From: Candidatus Multivoradales bacterium
GTDB lineage: Bacteria > Acidobacteriota > Thermoanaerobaculia > Multivoradales > Multivoraceae
Length of the DNA stretch: 64,000 bases
Reading direction: 5' to 3'
Assembly: GCA_965223325.1 (NCBI GenBank)
Contig: CBDCWI010000001.1
Span: 1,024,001 to 1,088,000 of the forward strand
Shown here: positions 20,374 to 29,990 of the stretch, piece after piece
How positions within the stretch are numbered: position 1 is the first letter of the stretch
Layout: each line of letters starts with the position of its first letter
The notes under the pieces: generated by a model
What the model was told of the DNA's origin: nothing
The model's input: the letters and a program-made list of their open reading frames with translations, nothing else
Databases searched by the model: none
Translations under genes and position numbers: made by a program

Positions 20374-23300
20374 ATGCCACGCACCCTCCGCAAAGCGACC
20401 ACCCGCCCCACGCCGTACTCGCTGATCGGCCGCGTCACGGTCGTCCTACTCCTGGCAGCCTCGTTGGCCACCCTCTCGAGCGCCGAGGAACCGTCGAGCT
20501 ACATCGTGCAGGCATTGAGCGACCGCCAAGCAGCGCTCCAGGTCGAAGCCCAGGGCGGCACCGTCGATCAACGGCTTGCGATCATCGATGGCGTCGCCGC
20601 CAGCCTGACCAGGGAACAGGCCGCGGCGCTCACCCTTGTTCCTGGAATCACCCTCCAGCGGAACGCCGCGGTCGAGGTCGAGAGCACAGAGCTCATTCGG
20701 CGTCGCTTCGAGATCACGAGCGGTTCCGACGACGCGATGGAGACCATCGACACTGGCTATGCCAACACCCGCTATGACAAGCATTTCGTGGGCGGCAACT
20801 ATAGTTCCGAGCGCCTCGTCGGGCTTCGATTCCGCAACCTCGACGTGCCTCCGGGAGCCAAGATCGTCAGGGCAATGCTCGAGGTGGAACTGGTATCGCT
20901 CTCCTGGAACCAGACCGAGGTCGATGTGTTGGCCGAGGCCACAGGCCATGCCGAAGCGTTCGCCGACGAGTACTTCAACCTGTCGTCGCGTCCGGTCACT
21001 GCCCACAAGGTGCGCTGGCAGTTGGCCGGTACCGCAACCCCGGGAGTTCGCACCCAGAGCGCTGACCTCTCACCTGTTGTCCAGTCGATCGTCGATCGCG
21101 AAGACTGGCAAGCGGGAAATGCGCTCGCTCTCCTTTTGCACTCCCGCGCCAGCGGCGTTCGCCCGATCGCCGCCTTCGAGGCCTGGGGCAGCGGTCAACC
21201 GGTTCTTCATCTCGAGTACCAGCTCGCCGACGCCGCCTGGCCCGTCGTGAGCTCGAGCGTTCGGCGCGGTAACGCCGATGCACTGCAACGCCAAGACAAC
21301 GGTGTCGTCTTGATGAACACGTCCGATCTCGACTTTTCGGCCGCTGACCAGGACGCGGAGATGGCCAGCACCCAGGTTGGCCTCCACTTCGAGGACCTGG
21401 CCATCCCAGCAGGCACAACGATCCTCTCTGCGAGCATCCAGTTCGAGGCAGCGGCGGCTGCCGCCGGAACAGCCTGGGTCGAGATCCACGCGGAACACAA
21501 CGCCGACGCCACTGCTTTCTCGAGCACCTGGTTCGATCTCACCAACCGACCCCGCACCCGCAGCAATGTGGTCTGGCGGCCAGCGTCATGGCAGGCACCA
21601 GGTCAGCTGCAGTTCACCGACGATCTAGGTGCGCTGGTCCAGGAGGTCGTCGATCTGCCCGGCTGGCAGCCCGGCAACGGCATGTCCTTCTTCTTCGAAG
21701 GCCTCATCGGCACACGGCCCGTCCGTTCAAGCGAGGGCGGCGGCGAGATCCAGCTGCTCGTCGAGTATGCCGGGGACTACGTCGACATCGCGGTCGACAA
21801 CTCGCACGCGGGCGCATGTCAGCAGCCGGTCGGCTCGAGCAACCTGAAGATCGTTGCGGCCTCTCTGAGCGGCGTCGACAGCGCCACGATCGAAGTCGCC
21901 GGTGGCGCGCCCAACGCTCCACTCTCGCTCGACGGCAAGGTCGTCGGTTGCCTTGACGACCATGGCTCGTGGTACGGCGAGCTCTACGGGCACCACTTCG
22001 ACACCTGCGAAGTCACCATCTCGGACGGCCTGTCCAGCATTGGCGTTACGGTTTCCGACTGCGTCGCCTGGCGCGACACCCACTTCCCTCTCCAGACCGG
22101 TGCGCGTGAGCTCCACCGCCAGGGCCTGACCGGCAGCGGCGTGGGCATCGCCTTCATCGACACCGGCATTCAGGGACGCCTCGACTGGGGATCGAACGTC
22201 TTCAAGATGGCAGCCCACTACGACGTTCTGCAGAATCGGGCCCTGCACTTCTGGACTCGCGACGCCGATCGGAACGGCCACGGGAGCCACGTCGCTTCGG
22301 TCGCCGGCAGCCAGGGTCAAACGCCAAACGGCGACTACAACGGGATGGCGCCGGAGGCCGACATCATCATGGTGCGCGCCTTCGATCGTCACGGCCGTGG
22401 CAGCTACGCCAACGTGATCGAAGGCATCGAGTGGGTGATCAACAACCGCCACGCGCTCAATATTCGGGTCCTCAACCTCTCGTTCTCCGCCCCCGCCACC
22501 TCGCACTACTGGCAGGACCCCCTGAACCAGGCGGTGATGGAAGCGTGGCGGGCCGGCATCGTCGTCGTCAGCTCGGCCGGCAACTCGGGCCCCGACCCGA
22601 TGACCATCGGCGTGCCGGGCAACAACCCCTACGTCATCACCGTTGGCGCGATGACCGACAGCTACACCCCGAACGACCCAAGCGACGATCGCATCGCCAG
22701 CTTCTCGGCCGCCGGGCCGACCTTCGAAGCCTTCGCCAAACCAGAGCTCGTCGCCCCCGGCGGGCACATGCTGGGCCTCATGAACTTCGACGCTCAACTG
22801 GCGCTCGACCACCCGACCTTCCACGACGGTCCGACGGCGGTGCCCTATTTCGTGATGTCGGGTACTTCACAGGCTGCCGCGGTCGTCAGCGGCGCAGCCG
22901 CCTTGCTTCTCCAGTCAGAGCCTGGGCTCGAACCGGACGACGTGAAGTGTCGACTGGTCGCGACCGCGAAAACGGCGACACTCGAGAACGGCGACCTCGC
23001 CTTCAGCATCTTCCGCCAGGGCGCCGGCATGCTCGACATCAAGGCGGCGGTCGACAGCAGCGCCCACGACTGTGCCAACAGCGGCCTCGACATCGACCGT
23101 GACCTCGCCGACATCGAACACTACGTCGGCCCGGTGCGATACGACAGCGCCAGCGAACAGTTCTACCTCGAGGGGCCCGACAGTTTCCTATGGAACGTCT
23201 CTGGCCCCGAGAGCGAGAGCATGCTTTGGAACGTCAGCATGCTCTGGAACAACAGCTTCCTGTGGAACGTGAACGACGTCAGTAACGAGAGCTTCTTGTG

Positions 23301-23460
23301 GAACGTCACCTACTCGGCGAACGAGGTCGATCTCGGAAGCTCGAGCATGCTGTGGAACAACAGCTTCCTCTGGAACGTCAGCATGCTCTGGAACAACACC
23401 TACACCGGCGACGCTCTGGATTCCGCGACGGCGGTCAACACCTGGGTTCCCCAGGAGTAA
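20374..23460 (+). CDS. Secreted S8 (subtilisin-like) serine peptidase with duplicated insert domain and Trp-repeat tail
   Basis: Signal peptide, I9-like prodomain (SYIVQA...LAIIDGVAASLT), triad motifs FIDTG / NGHGSHV / MSGTSQA, SAGNSG oxyanion motif, terminal VNTWVPQE. Confidence 0.93.
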   Translation: MPRTLRKATTRPTPYSLIGRVTVVLLLAASLATLSSAEEPSSYIVQALSDRQAALQVEAQGGTVDQRLAIIDGVAASLTREQAAALTLVPGITLQRNAAVEVESTELIRRRFEITSGSDDAMETIDTGYANTRYDKHFVGGNYSSERLVGLRFRNLDVPPGAKIVRAMLEVELVSLSWNQTEVDVLAEATGHAEAFADEYFNLSSRPVTAHKVRWQLAGTATPGVRTQSADLSPVVQSIVDREDWQAGNALALLLHSRASGVRPIAAFEAWGSGQPVLHLEYQLADAAWPVVSSSVRRGNADALQRQDNGVVLMNTSDLDFSAADQDAEMASTQVGLHFEDLAIPAGTTILSASIQFEAAAAAAGTAWVEIHAEHNADATAFSSTWFDLTNRPRTRSNVVWRPASWQAPGQLQFTDDLGALVQEVVDLPGWQPGNGMSFFFEGLIGTRPVRSSEGGGEIQLLVEYAGDYVDIAVDNSHAGACQQPVGSSNLKIVAASLSGVDSATIEVAGGAPNAPLSLDGKVVGCLDDHGSWYGELYGHHFDTCEVTISDGLSSIGVTVSDCVAWRDTHFPLQTGARELHRQGLTGSGVGIAFIDTGIQGRLDWGSNVFKMAAHYDVLQNRALHFWTRDADRNGHGSHVASVAGSQGQTPNGDYNGMAPEADIIMVRAFDRHGRGSYANVIEGIEWVINNRHALNIRVLNLSFSAPATSHYWQDPLNQAVMEAWRAGIVVVSSAGNSGPDPMTIGVPGNNPYVITVGAMTDSYTPNDPSDDRIASFSAAGPTFEAFAKPELVAPGGHMLGLMNFDAQLALDHPTFHDGPTAVPYFVMSGTSQAAAVVSGAAALLLQSEPGLEPDDVKCRLVATAKTATLENGDLAFSIFRQGAGMLDIKAAVDSSAHDCANSGLDIDRDLADIEHYVGPVRYDSASEQFYLEGPDSFLWNVSGPESESMLWNVSMLWNNSFLWNVNDVSNESFLWNVTYSANEVDLGSSSMLWNNSFLWNVSMLWNNTYTGDALDSATAVNTWVPQE
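23182..23397 (+). repeat. 8 copies of the hexapeptide S-[FM]-L-W-N-[VN] in the subtilase tail
   Basis: SFLWNV x4, SMLWNN x3, SMLWNV x1, with synonymous codon differences between copies. Confidence 0.95.
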
Positions 23461-23600
23461 CTCTCGAGAAACGGAACCAGAAGATTCACAACCAGGTCGC
23501 AGCGGGACAGTTCCTTGCGGCCGCAACGTAGACGACGAACCCCGCCCGGCTGTTTCCTCTTCAACTCGGGTTCTTCCCCTCACCCCCTTCATTTCCTTTT

Positions 23601-23637
23601 GCCCCGGTGACCTTCTGGTCGCCGGGGCCTTTTCTTT
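23601..23637 (+). terminator. Intrinsic terminator after the subtilase gene
   Basis: GCCCCGGTGACC-TTCT-GGTCGCCGGGGC followed by CTTTTCTTT. Confidence 0.8.
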
Positions 23638-23653
23638 GGGGAAGGGCTCTCCT

Positions 23654-26600
23654 TCAGAGTGCGGCGAGGCGATCGGTATCAGAGAGGTTGGTGTCGCCAT
23701 CCGTGGGTTCTTCCTCCGGGGCGAACGAATCGTTGGCCGCCACCTGCGGTGGACCCAGGCGCTCGAGACGGCGACGATAGGTCGTCGTCGTCACACCGAG
23801 AATCGCGGCGCCGCTGCGCCGGTCAACCTCCGGGCGGCGCGCGACTTCTTCCAGCAGGAGACCTTCGAGCAGACCATCGAGGTCAACGCCTTCGGCCGGT
23901 CCACCGTAGCCCGGTCCGGCGATCACCCGCAGGCGGGATCGAATCGCCGTCCACCACGGCGGACGCGGCGACAGACCAGCATCGGCCCGCAGGTTGGCTT
24001 TGCTGCGCCGACGGCGGAAGGTCGTCTCTGCCATACCCAGACGCGCCGCAGCACGGCTCGCCGTGCCGTTTTCGGCATCGTCGGCGGCGAGCACCAGGTC
24101 ATCGGCAAGCCACTCGCCCAGCGGCAGGAGCGGATGCTCGCCGGCCACCATGCCGTCGATGCGCTGTGCGAGCAGTTCACGAATTGACGAAACAGCCTCG
24201 CTGCGGGTCACCGGTTCTTCTTCGTGCCCCTCGGCACGGTTGACGGGCGCACCAGGGGGCGCGCCCTCGGTCGCTCCTCCTATGACCGGGCCCCCAGAGG
24301 CGATCATGTTCTCAGTCTCTCTGCCGTCGAGGCGCAGTGCTTCGGGTCCGATGGCGCTACCTTCAGCCAAAATCACCGCCTGCTGCACCCGGTTCTGTAG
24401 CTCACGTACGTTGCCGGGCCACGAATGGCCCACCAAGAGCGCCTCGGCCTCGGGCGTCAAGGAGACCACCGGCTTGGAGTAGAGCAGCGAGTAGGTCCTC
24501 AGGTAGTGGTAGGCGAGATGCAGAATGTCGTCGGGACGCTCACGCAGAGGCGGCAGTCCGAGGCGGACGACGTTGAGACGATAGTAGAGGTCCTCGCGAA
24601 AGCGACCGGCCTTGACCTCGGCCATCAAATCGCGGTTGGTCGCCGCCACCACGCGCACGTCGACGGAGCGAGTTTCGGTCGCACCGACTCTACTGAGTTC
24701 CTTCTCCTGAACGAAACGCAGCAGCTTCGACTGCACCTCGAGCGGCAGCTCGCCGATCTCGTCAAGAAAGACGGTCGCGCCGTCGGCCTGCTCGAGGCGA
24801 CCAATACGGCGCTGGTCGGCGCCCGAGAATGCCCCCTTCTCATGCCCGAAGAGCTCGCTTTCGATCAAGGTCGCTGGAATCGCCGCACAATCGACGACCT
24901 GCAAGAGCCGGTTGCGACGGCCGCTCGAGCGATGCACGGTACGTGCAACCAGGTCCTTTCCGGTCCCGCTCTCGCCGGTGATCAAGACCGTCGCGTCGGT
25001 CGGAGCGACGCGGCGCACGGTCGCCATGACACTCTCCATCGACTCAGAGCGGTATTCGAGATTGGCCTCTTCGACCGCCTGGCGCAGTCCCTCGACCTCG
25101 GCACGTAGTCGTTGGGCCTCGAGCTCACGCCGCTCCTGCTCGAGCGCTGACAACTTGGCGCGATCGAGCGCGACGGCGAGCTGCGAGGCCAGCGAACGGA
25201 AGAACACCACGTCGGTCCCGTCGACGAGAAAGGTCTCCGTGCTGCCTTCGAGATAGATGGCGCCCAGGCAGCCTTCGCCGACCGACAGCGGAATGGCACA
25301 ACAGCTTCGTGCGTCGCCGACGCCGACACCCCCGTCACTCGCCACCAACTCGACGGTTGGTCGCCCCAGCGCGACGGCGCGCTGGGCCAGATCGGGCGAG
25401 GACACGATGAGCTCGTCGGTCTCTTCTTCGTGACCGCGGCCATGGATCAGGTGCAACTCGAGAGGATCGGAATCTTCGCTCGAGCATTCGAACAGCCCGA
25501 TCTGATCGGGCTTGAGCCCTACCTCGAGACGCTCGACCGCCAGCCGGGCGAGGTCGTGGTAGCTGCTACTCGCCGCGACCACTTTGACGATCTCGGCGAG
25601 CAATTGCATGTTTCGATAGTCCTTCGCCATGTTGCCGGTGAAGACACCGCTCAGTGCATCGGGATCGCCTGCCTTCTCGAGATCTGGCGACCAGTGCACG
25701 ATGGTCTGGCCACTCGAACGACGCGCCTGGAAGAGAGCCTCTTCGGCCTGGACGGTGAGCTCGAGAGGCTGTTTGATCAAGCCCGACTCGGGATCGAGCG
25801 TCGCAATGGCTGCCCGGAAGCGGAGGGTCAACGACTCGCGGTGATACCGCCGTCCCTGCAGCTCCTTGACCAGCTTCTCGGCCACCAGGGCGCTGGCGTC
25901 GCGATTGGCGTCTTCGAGCACCGCGGCAAAGATCGCACCGCCGTAGCGGGCCGCAAAGTCGGACTTGCGTAGCGCCGAACGGAAGGTGAGAGCGATCTCG
26001 CGCAAAACCCGATCGCCCTTCTGATGACCGAAACGCTGGTTGACCATCGCAAAATCATCTGGGCTCACCAGCAGCAGACTCAGCGGGAGATTGCCCTTTG
26101 TGGCACGCGAGAAGGCACGGGCCAGCCGACCCTGAAGCTGCGCTCGACCACCGACCCCGGTCACCGGGTCGCTCAGCACACCCACGACTTCACGCACCTG
26201 GGCCGCCAGTCTGGCCGTCGAACCAATCGAGAAGCGCCACCACAGAAGGTCTGGGTTGGCCTCGATCTGGCTGTCGAGGTCTTTGTCTCGCTCGAGCGGA
26301 CAGGTGCCCGGCGCGAAGCGAAGCCCGATGAGTACCGTCGTCGACGCAATCAGAAGCTCGACCGAGTCACCGCGCCGGCGCCCCCGCGCCTCGGCATCGT
26401 CTCCTGACGCGCGGCGCGGCCGCACGACCTTCCGGAGGATGCAGCAGTCCGGGTCACTGCTCGGCAACACTTCGATGCGCTGTGCAGCGCCGATTGAATC
26501 CAACCCGCTGGGCAACCCTTCGGGACCTCCCTGAGCGTTGCTCTCCGAGGCCAGTTCGGGCGGCGGTGCGCCGCCACTGTTGAGCCACAGCGCATCGAAG

Positions 26601-26701
26601 CCGGCGCCCTCTCCATTGGGTACCCAGACCGTCACCGACAAGACCTTGCCGTGGTCACGCACCGCGCCGAGGTAGCTCCGAAGAATGTCAGCTGGGCCCA
26701 T
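23654..26701 (-). CDS. Sigma54-dependent enhancer-binding protein: degenerate GGDEF - GAF - AAA+ - two HTH-like motifs
   Basis: SDPVTG...RKSDFAARYGGAIF; GAF (AIPLSVGEGCLGAIYLE); GESGTGKD, GAFSGA, LDEIGE, FREDLYYRL, WPGNVRELQN; AAARLGMAETTFRRR and GAAILGVTTTTYRRR. Confidence 0.93.
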   Translation of the reverse strand: MGPADILRSYLGAVRDHGKVLSVTVWVPNGEGAGFDALWLNSGGAPPPELASESNAQGGPEGLPSGLDSIGAAQRIEVLPSSDPDCCILRKVVRPRRASGDDAEARGRRRGDSVELLIASTTVLIGLRFAPGTCPLERDKDLDSQIEANPDLLWWRFSIGSTARLAAQVREVVGVLSDPVTGVGGRAQLQGRLARAFSRATKGNLPLSLLLVSPDDFAMVNQRFGHQKGDRVLREIALTFRSALRKSDFAARYGGAIFAAVLEDANRDASALVAEKLVKELQGRRYHRESLTLRFRAAIATLDPESGLIKQPLELTVQAEEALFQARRSSGQTIVHWSPDLEKAGDPDALSGVFTGNMAKDYRNMQLLAEIVKVVAASSSYHDLARLAVERLEVGLKPDQIGLFECSSEDSDPLELHLIHGRGHEEETDELIVSSPDLAQRAVALGRPTVELVASDGGVGVGDARSCCAIPLSVGEGCLGAIYLEGSTETFLVDGTDVVFFRSLASQLAVALDRAKLSALEQERRELEAQRLRAEVEGLRQAVEEANLEYRSESMESVMATVRRVAPTDATVLITGESGTGKDLVARTVHRSSGRRNRLLQVVDCAAIPATLIESELFGHEKGAFSGADQRRIGRLEQADGATVFLDEIGELPLEVQSKLLRFVQEKELSRVGATETRSVDVRVVAATNRDLMAEVKAGRFREDLYYRLNVVRLGLPPLRERPDDILHLAYHYLRTYSLLYSKPVVSLTPEAEALLVGHSWPGNVRELQNRVQQAVILAEGSAIGPEALRLDGRETENMIASGGPVIGGATEGAPPGAPVNRAEGHEEEPVTRSEAVSSIRELLAQRIDGMVAGEHPLLPLGEWLADDLVLAADDAENGTASRAAARLGMAETTFRRRRSKANLRADAGLSPRPPWWTAIRSRLRVIAGPGYGGPAEGVDLDGLLEGLLLEEVARRPEVDRRSGAAILGVTTTTYRRRLERLGPPQVAANDSFAPEEEPTDGDTNLSDTDRLAAL

Positions 26702-26711
26702 CAGAATCTCC

Positions 26712-29700
26712 TCAGGTCCACACCAGTTGACCGATGTCGAGCGACGAGCTCACTTCGATACGTTTCTCGGCGGCGAGGTCACGCAGGCAACCGGTGTCGA
26801 GATCGGAACTCACGATCCAACCGCCGTCCTCTTCTTGGGTGCCACGAACGCCAACCCAGGCGTTGCGTCCGCTGGTCTTGGCGACGTATAGCGCTCGGTC
26901 GGCGATGTTGACCACCTGCTCTGGCTCGACCACCGCCGGCATCTCGGGATGGAACGGGAAGAAGGCGTATCCGATCGAGCAGCTCAAGCTGCAGTGGCTG
27001 CCGTCGGCCATGACCAGTTCCTCACCGGTAAAGGCAGCGCGCAAACGCTCAGCCATCGACTCGGCGTCCGCGGGCGAAACATCGCGACTGACCACCAGGA
27101 ACTCGTCGCCGCCCCAGCGAATGAGGGTATCGCTCTTTCGGCAGACTCCCTGGAGGACATCCCGCATCTGCAGAATGGCCCGATCACCTGCCGCATGGCC
27201 ATGGTCATCGTTGATCTTCTTGAGGCCATCGAGGTCAATCATCAGGAAGAGAAGGTCCAGCTTGCCCTGACTCTCGTCCACAGCTCGGCGACCGTCGGCG
27301 TAGCCCCGGCGAAGCTCCTCGAAATCCTCCTCGAGGCGACTCATCAGGTAGCGCCGGTTGCGCAAGCCGGTCAACGCATCGCTATTGGCCGCTTCATGCA
27401 GGTCCTGGGTGCGGAGACGGACCTCCTCTTCGAGCCGACTGCTGTACTCCTTCTCGCGCATCATCTTGCGTCGGTGGGAATGTAGAACCCCAGCGAAGAC
27501 ACCGCAAACAGCACCGAAGTAGAAGAGATAGGCCCACCAGGTCTTCCACGGCGCCGGCACGACACGCACTCCCAGCGATGCACCCTCCTCGTTCCACACA
27601 CCATCGTTGTTCGCAGCGCGCACTCTCAAGGTGTAGTGACCGCCGTCGAGGTTGGTGTACGTCGCGCGGCGCTCGTTGCCAATCGATATCCACTCGCGAT
27701 CGAAGCCCTCGAGCTTGTAGGCGAATTGATTGCGCGACGGAGCGAGGTAGTCGAGTGCGGCGAACTCGAACGAAACGACGTAGTCTCGATAGTCGATTTC
27801 GACCTCGTCGGTGAGCCAGATCGGTTGCGGCAGTTCCACCTCACGGTTGAGCTTGCGAAACGAAGTGATCATCACCGGCGGCACGTGGCGATTGGCGTCG
27901 ACCTGGTCGGGCCAGAAGGTGTTGAACCCCGCACTGCCGCCGAAGAACATCTCGCCGCTGGCAGCGCGGTGATAGGCGCCGAAGTTGAACTCCTCTCCCT
28001 GCAGACCGTGCTCACGGCCGTAGTTGGAGAAGTGCTCGCTCACCGGGTCGAAACGCGACAAGCCACCGTTCGAACTGATCCACAAGTAACCCTGGTCATC
28101 TTCGAGCAGACCGTAGACCGTCTGGTCGGCGAGGCCATCTTCGGTGGTGAAACGTCTGAATACCGGTCGTCCCGCCTCGCGGTCGCGCCTCGACCAGGCC
28201 GAGAGCCCGAACTGTGACCCGATCCACAGCGTGCCGGTTCGGTCGATGAGCAGCGACGTCACGCGGTCGTCGCTCAGGCTGTAGGGGTCGTCGGGATCGT
28301 GACGAAAGTGCTGCGTTTTGCCGGTGCGCGGGTCGAACAAGTCGAGGCCTCGGCCCATGGTTCCCAGCCAGAGGCGACCGTCTCGGGAGGCCAGGATGTC
28401 GGCAACCAGGTCGGAGCCCAGGGTCGTTTCGTCTAGAGGGTCGTTCAGCCACGACTCGAAGGTCTCACTGGAACGCTCGAAGCGACTCAAGCCGCCACGG
28501 AACGTTCCGACCCAGAGGTCGCCGTGCGGATCTTCGTAGAGGGACATGACGCCGTTGGCCGGTAGCTGGCCACTGCCCGGCGGCCCGGCAACGAAGCGGT
28601 CGAAAGACCTGCCGTCGGAACGCAACCGGTTGAGGCCATGATCAAACGTACCCACCCAGAAGTCGCCTCGACGATCGGCAAGTAGCGCCATCGTGCGATT
28701 GTCAGAAAGGCTCGCCGGATCTTCCGGATCGTGCCTCCATACCGCCGTGACGTCCCGCTCGTCGTTCATGCGGTTGAGACCACCGCCGAGAGTTCCGATC
28801 CAGAGGTCTCCCGAGGCGTCGGTAGCAAACGATGTCACCGCATTGTGGGACAGCGACCCGTCCTGGGCGGGATCATGCGTGTAGTGGGCGAAAGCGTTGG
28901 TGAGCGGCGCCGTCCGATCGAGGCCGCGCTGGTGAGTTCCAATCCACACCACGCCACCCCGATCCTGATAGAGGCGCTTGATCAGGTCTTCGGCGAGGCT
29001 GTTGGCACGGTTCGACTGGTGGTAGTAGCGCGCGAAGCCCGTGGCTCCAGCCGATCGCAGATTCAGGCCGCTATCGGTTCCGACCCACAGTGCGCCAGCT
29101 CGGTCCTCGAGAACCGCGTGAACGGCGTCGTTGCTCAGGCTGGTCGGATCGTCGTCCAGGTGGCGAAGGTTTTCGACCACCTGGCCTGCCCGGTCGAGGA
29201 CGAAGAGTCCGTGGCCAACCGTGCCGACCAACAGCCGTCCGTCTTCGCTGGCGAACAGGGAGCGCACTTCCGTCGCTCCCTCGAGGCGCACCGCTTCGAC
29301 CACACCGTCGCGCGAGTCCAGGCGGAACAGACCGTTTCGAAGCGTGCCCACCCACAACGTGCCGCGCCCATCCTCGAGTAACGCAAGCACGTGTGGCCCG
29401 CGGTCGAAGCCCGGAATCGCGACGGCTTCGCACGCCCGCGTCCGCGGATCGAGACGGCTGAGCCCGAGCTCGCTTCCGATCCAGACGTCTCCACTCGCTC
29501 CGACTTCGACGGCGCGGACGTCTTGCGGAGCTTCTGGATCACGGTTTCCAATGCGCTCGAAGGAGTCTGTCGTCGGATCGAAACGGTTGAGTCCGCCCTG
29601 GTTCGTGCCCACCCAGAGTACTCCGTCGTCCCCTTCGTCGATCGCCCACACCCAGTTCTGACTGAGACTCGTCTGGTCGTCGGGGCGGTGCTCGTAGACC

Positions 29701-29990
29701 CTGAACTCCTGACCGTCGTAGCGGTTGAGGCCATCCTCTGTACCAATCCACATGAAGCCCAGGCGATCTTGATGCAGCGCCATGATCGAGAGCTGCGAGA
29801 GGCCGTCCTCGTTGGTCAGGTGATCGACGCGCAGCGCCTGCCCTTCGACCGTCGGCACGATGACATTGCTGGTGGCAATCGCCGCAACCCAGAGCATCAC
29901 CCAGCCCAGGAAACGCAGCATGGTCGCGGCGGGCCCCGAGAGGCCCGAGGCTCCGCGCGATGCGGGCGAAGGAGTGGCGAGTCGATGCAT
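26712..29990 (-). CDS. Membrane sensor diguanylate cyclase (Reg_prop beta-propeller repeats + Y_Y_Y + TM + GGDEF)
   Basis: Signal segment, ~14 D..G.LW.GT..GL repeats, YKLEGFD.EW...YTNLDGGHYTLRVRA, PWKTWWAY TM, DLDGLKKINDDHGH, RKSDTLIRWGGDEF; alternative start ATG 29921. Confidence 0.94.
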   Translation of the reverse strand: MHRLATPSPASRGASGLSGPAATMLRFLGWVMLWVAAIATSNVIVPTVEGQALRVDHLTNEDGLSQLSIMALHQDRLGFMWIGTEDGLNRYDGQEFRVYEHRPDDQTSLSQNWVWAIDEGDDGVLWVGTNQGGLNRFDPTTDSFERIGNRDPEAPQDVRAVEVGASGDVWIGSELGLSRLDPRTRACEAVAIPGFDRGPHVLALLEDGRGTLWVGTLRNGLFRLDSRDGVVEAVRLEGATEVRSLFASEDGRLLVGTVGHGLFVLDRAGQVVENLRHLDDDPTSLSNDAVHAVLEDRAGALWVGTDSGLNLRSAGATGFARYYHQSNRANSLAEDLIKRLYQDRGGVVWIGTHQRGLDRTAPLTNAFAHYTHDPAQDGSLSHNAVTSFATDASGDLWIGTLGGGLNRMNDERDVTAVWRHDPEDPASLSDNRTMALLADRRGDFWVGTFDHGLNRLRSDGRSFDRFVAGPPGSGQLPANGVMSLYEDPHGDLWVGTFRGGLSRFERSSETFESWLNDPLDETTLGSDLVADILASRDGRLWLGTMGRGLDLFDPRTGKTQHFRHDPDDPYSLSDDRVTSLLIDRTGTLWIGSQFGLSAWSRRDREAGRPVFRRFTTEDGLADQTVYGLLEDDQGYLWISSNGGLSRFDPVSEHFSNYGREHGLQGEEFNFGAYHRAASGEMFFGGSAGFNTFWPDQVDANRHVPPVMITSFRKLNREVELPQPIWLTDEVEIDYRDYVVSFEFAALDYLAPSRNQFAYKLEGFDREWISIGNERRATYTNLDGGHYTLRVRAANNDGVWNEEGASLGVRVVPAPWKTWWAYLFYFGAVCGVFAGVLHSHRRKMMREKEYSSRLEEEVRLRTQDLHEAANSDALTGLRNRRYLMSRLEEDFEELRRGYADGRRAVDESQGKLDLLFLMIDLDGLKKINDDHGHAAGDRAILQMRDVLQGVCRKSDTLIRWGGDEFLVVSRDVSPADAESMAERLRAAFTGEELVMADGSHCSLSCSIGYAFFPFHPEMPAVVEPEQVVNIADRALYVAKTSGRNAWVGVRGTQEEDGGWIVSSDLDTGCLRDLAAEKRIEVSSSLDIGQLVWT

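Noticed and set aside
23182-23460. Subtilase tail as a RiPP precursor with modifying enzymes
   Set aside because: No radical SAM, YcaO, lanthipeptide, prenyltransferase or exporter genes nearby; kept only as an unmodified-peptide hypothesis
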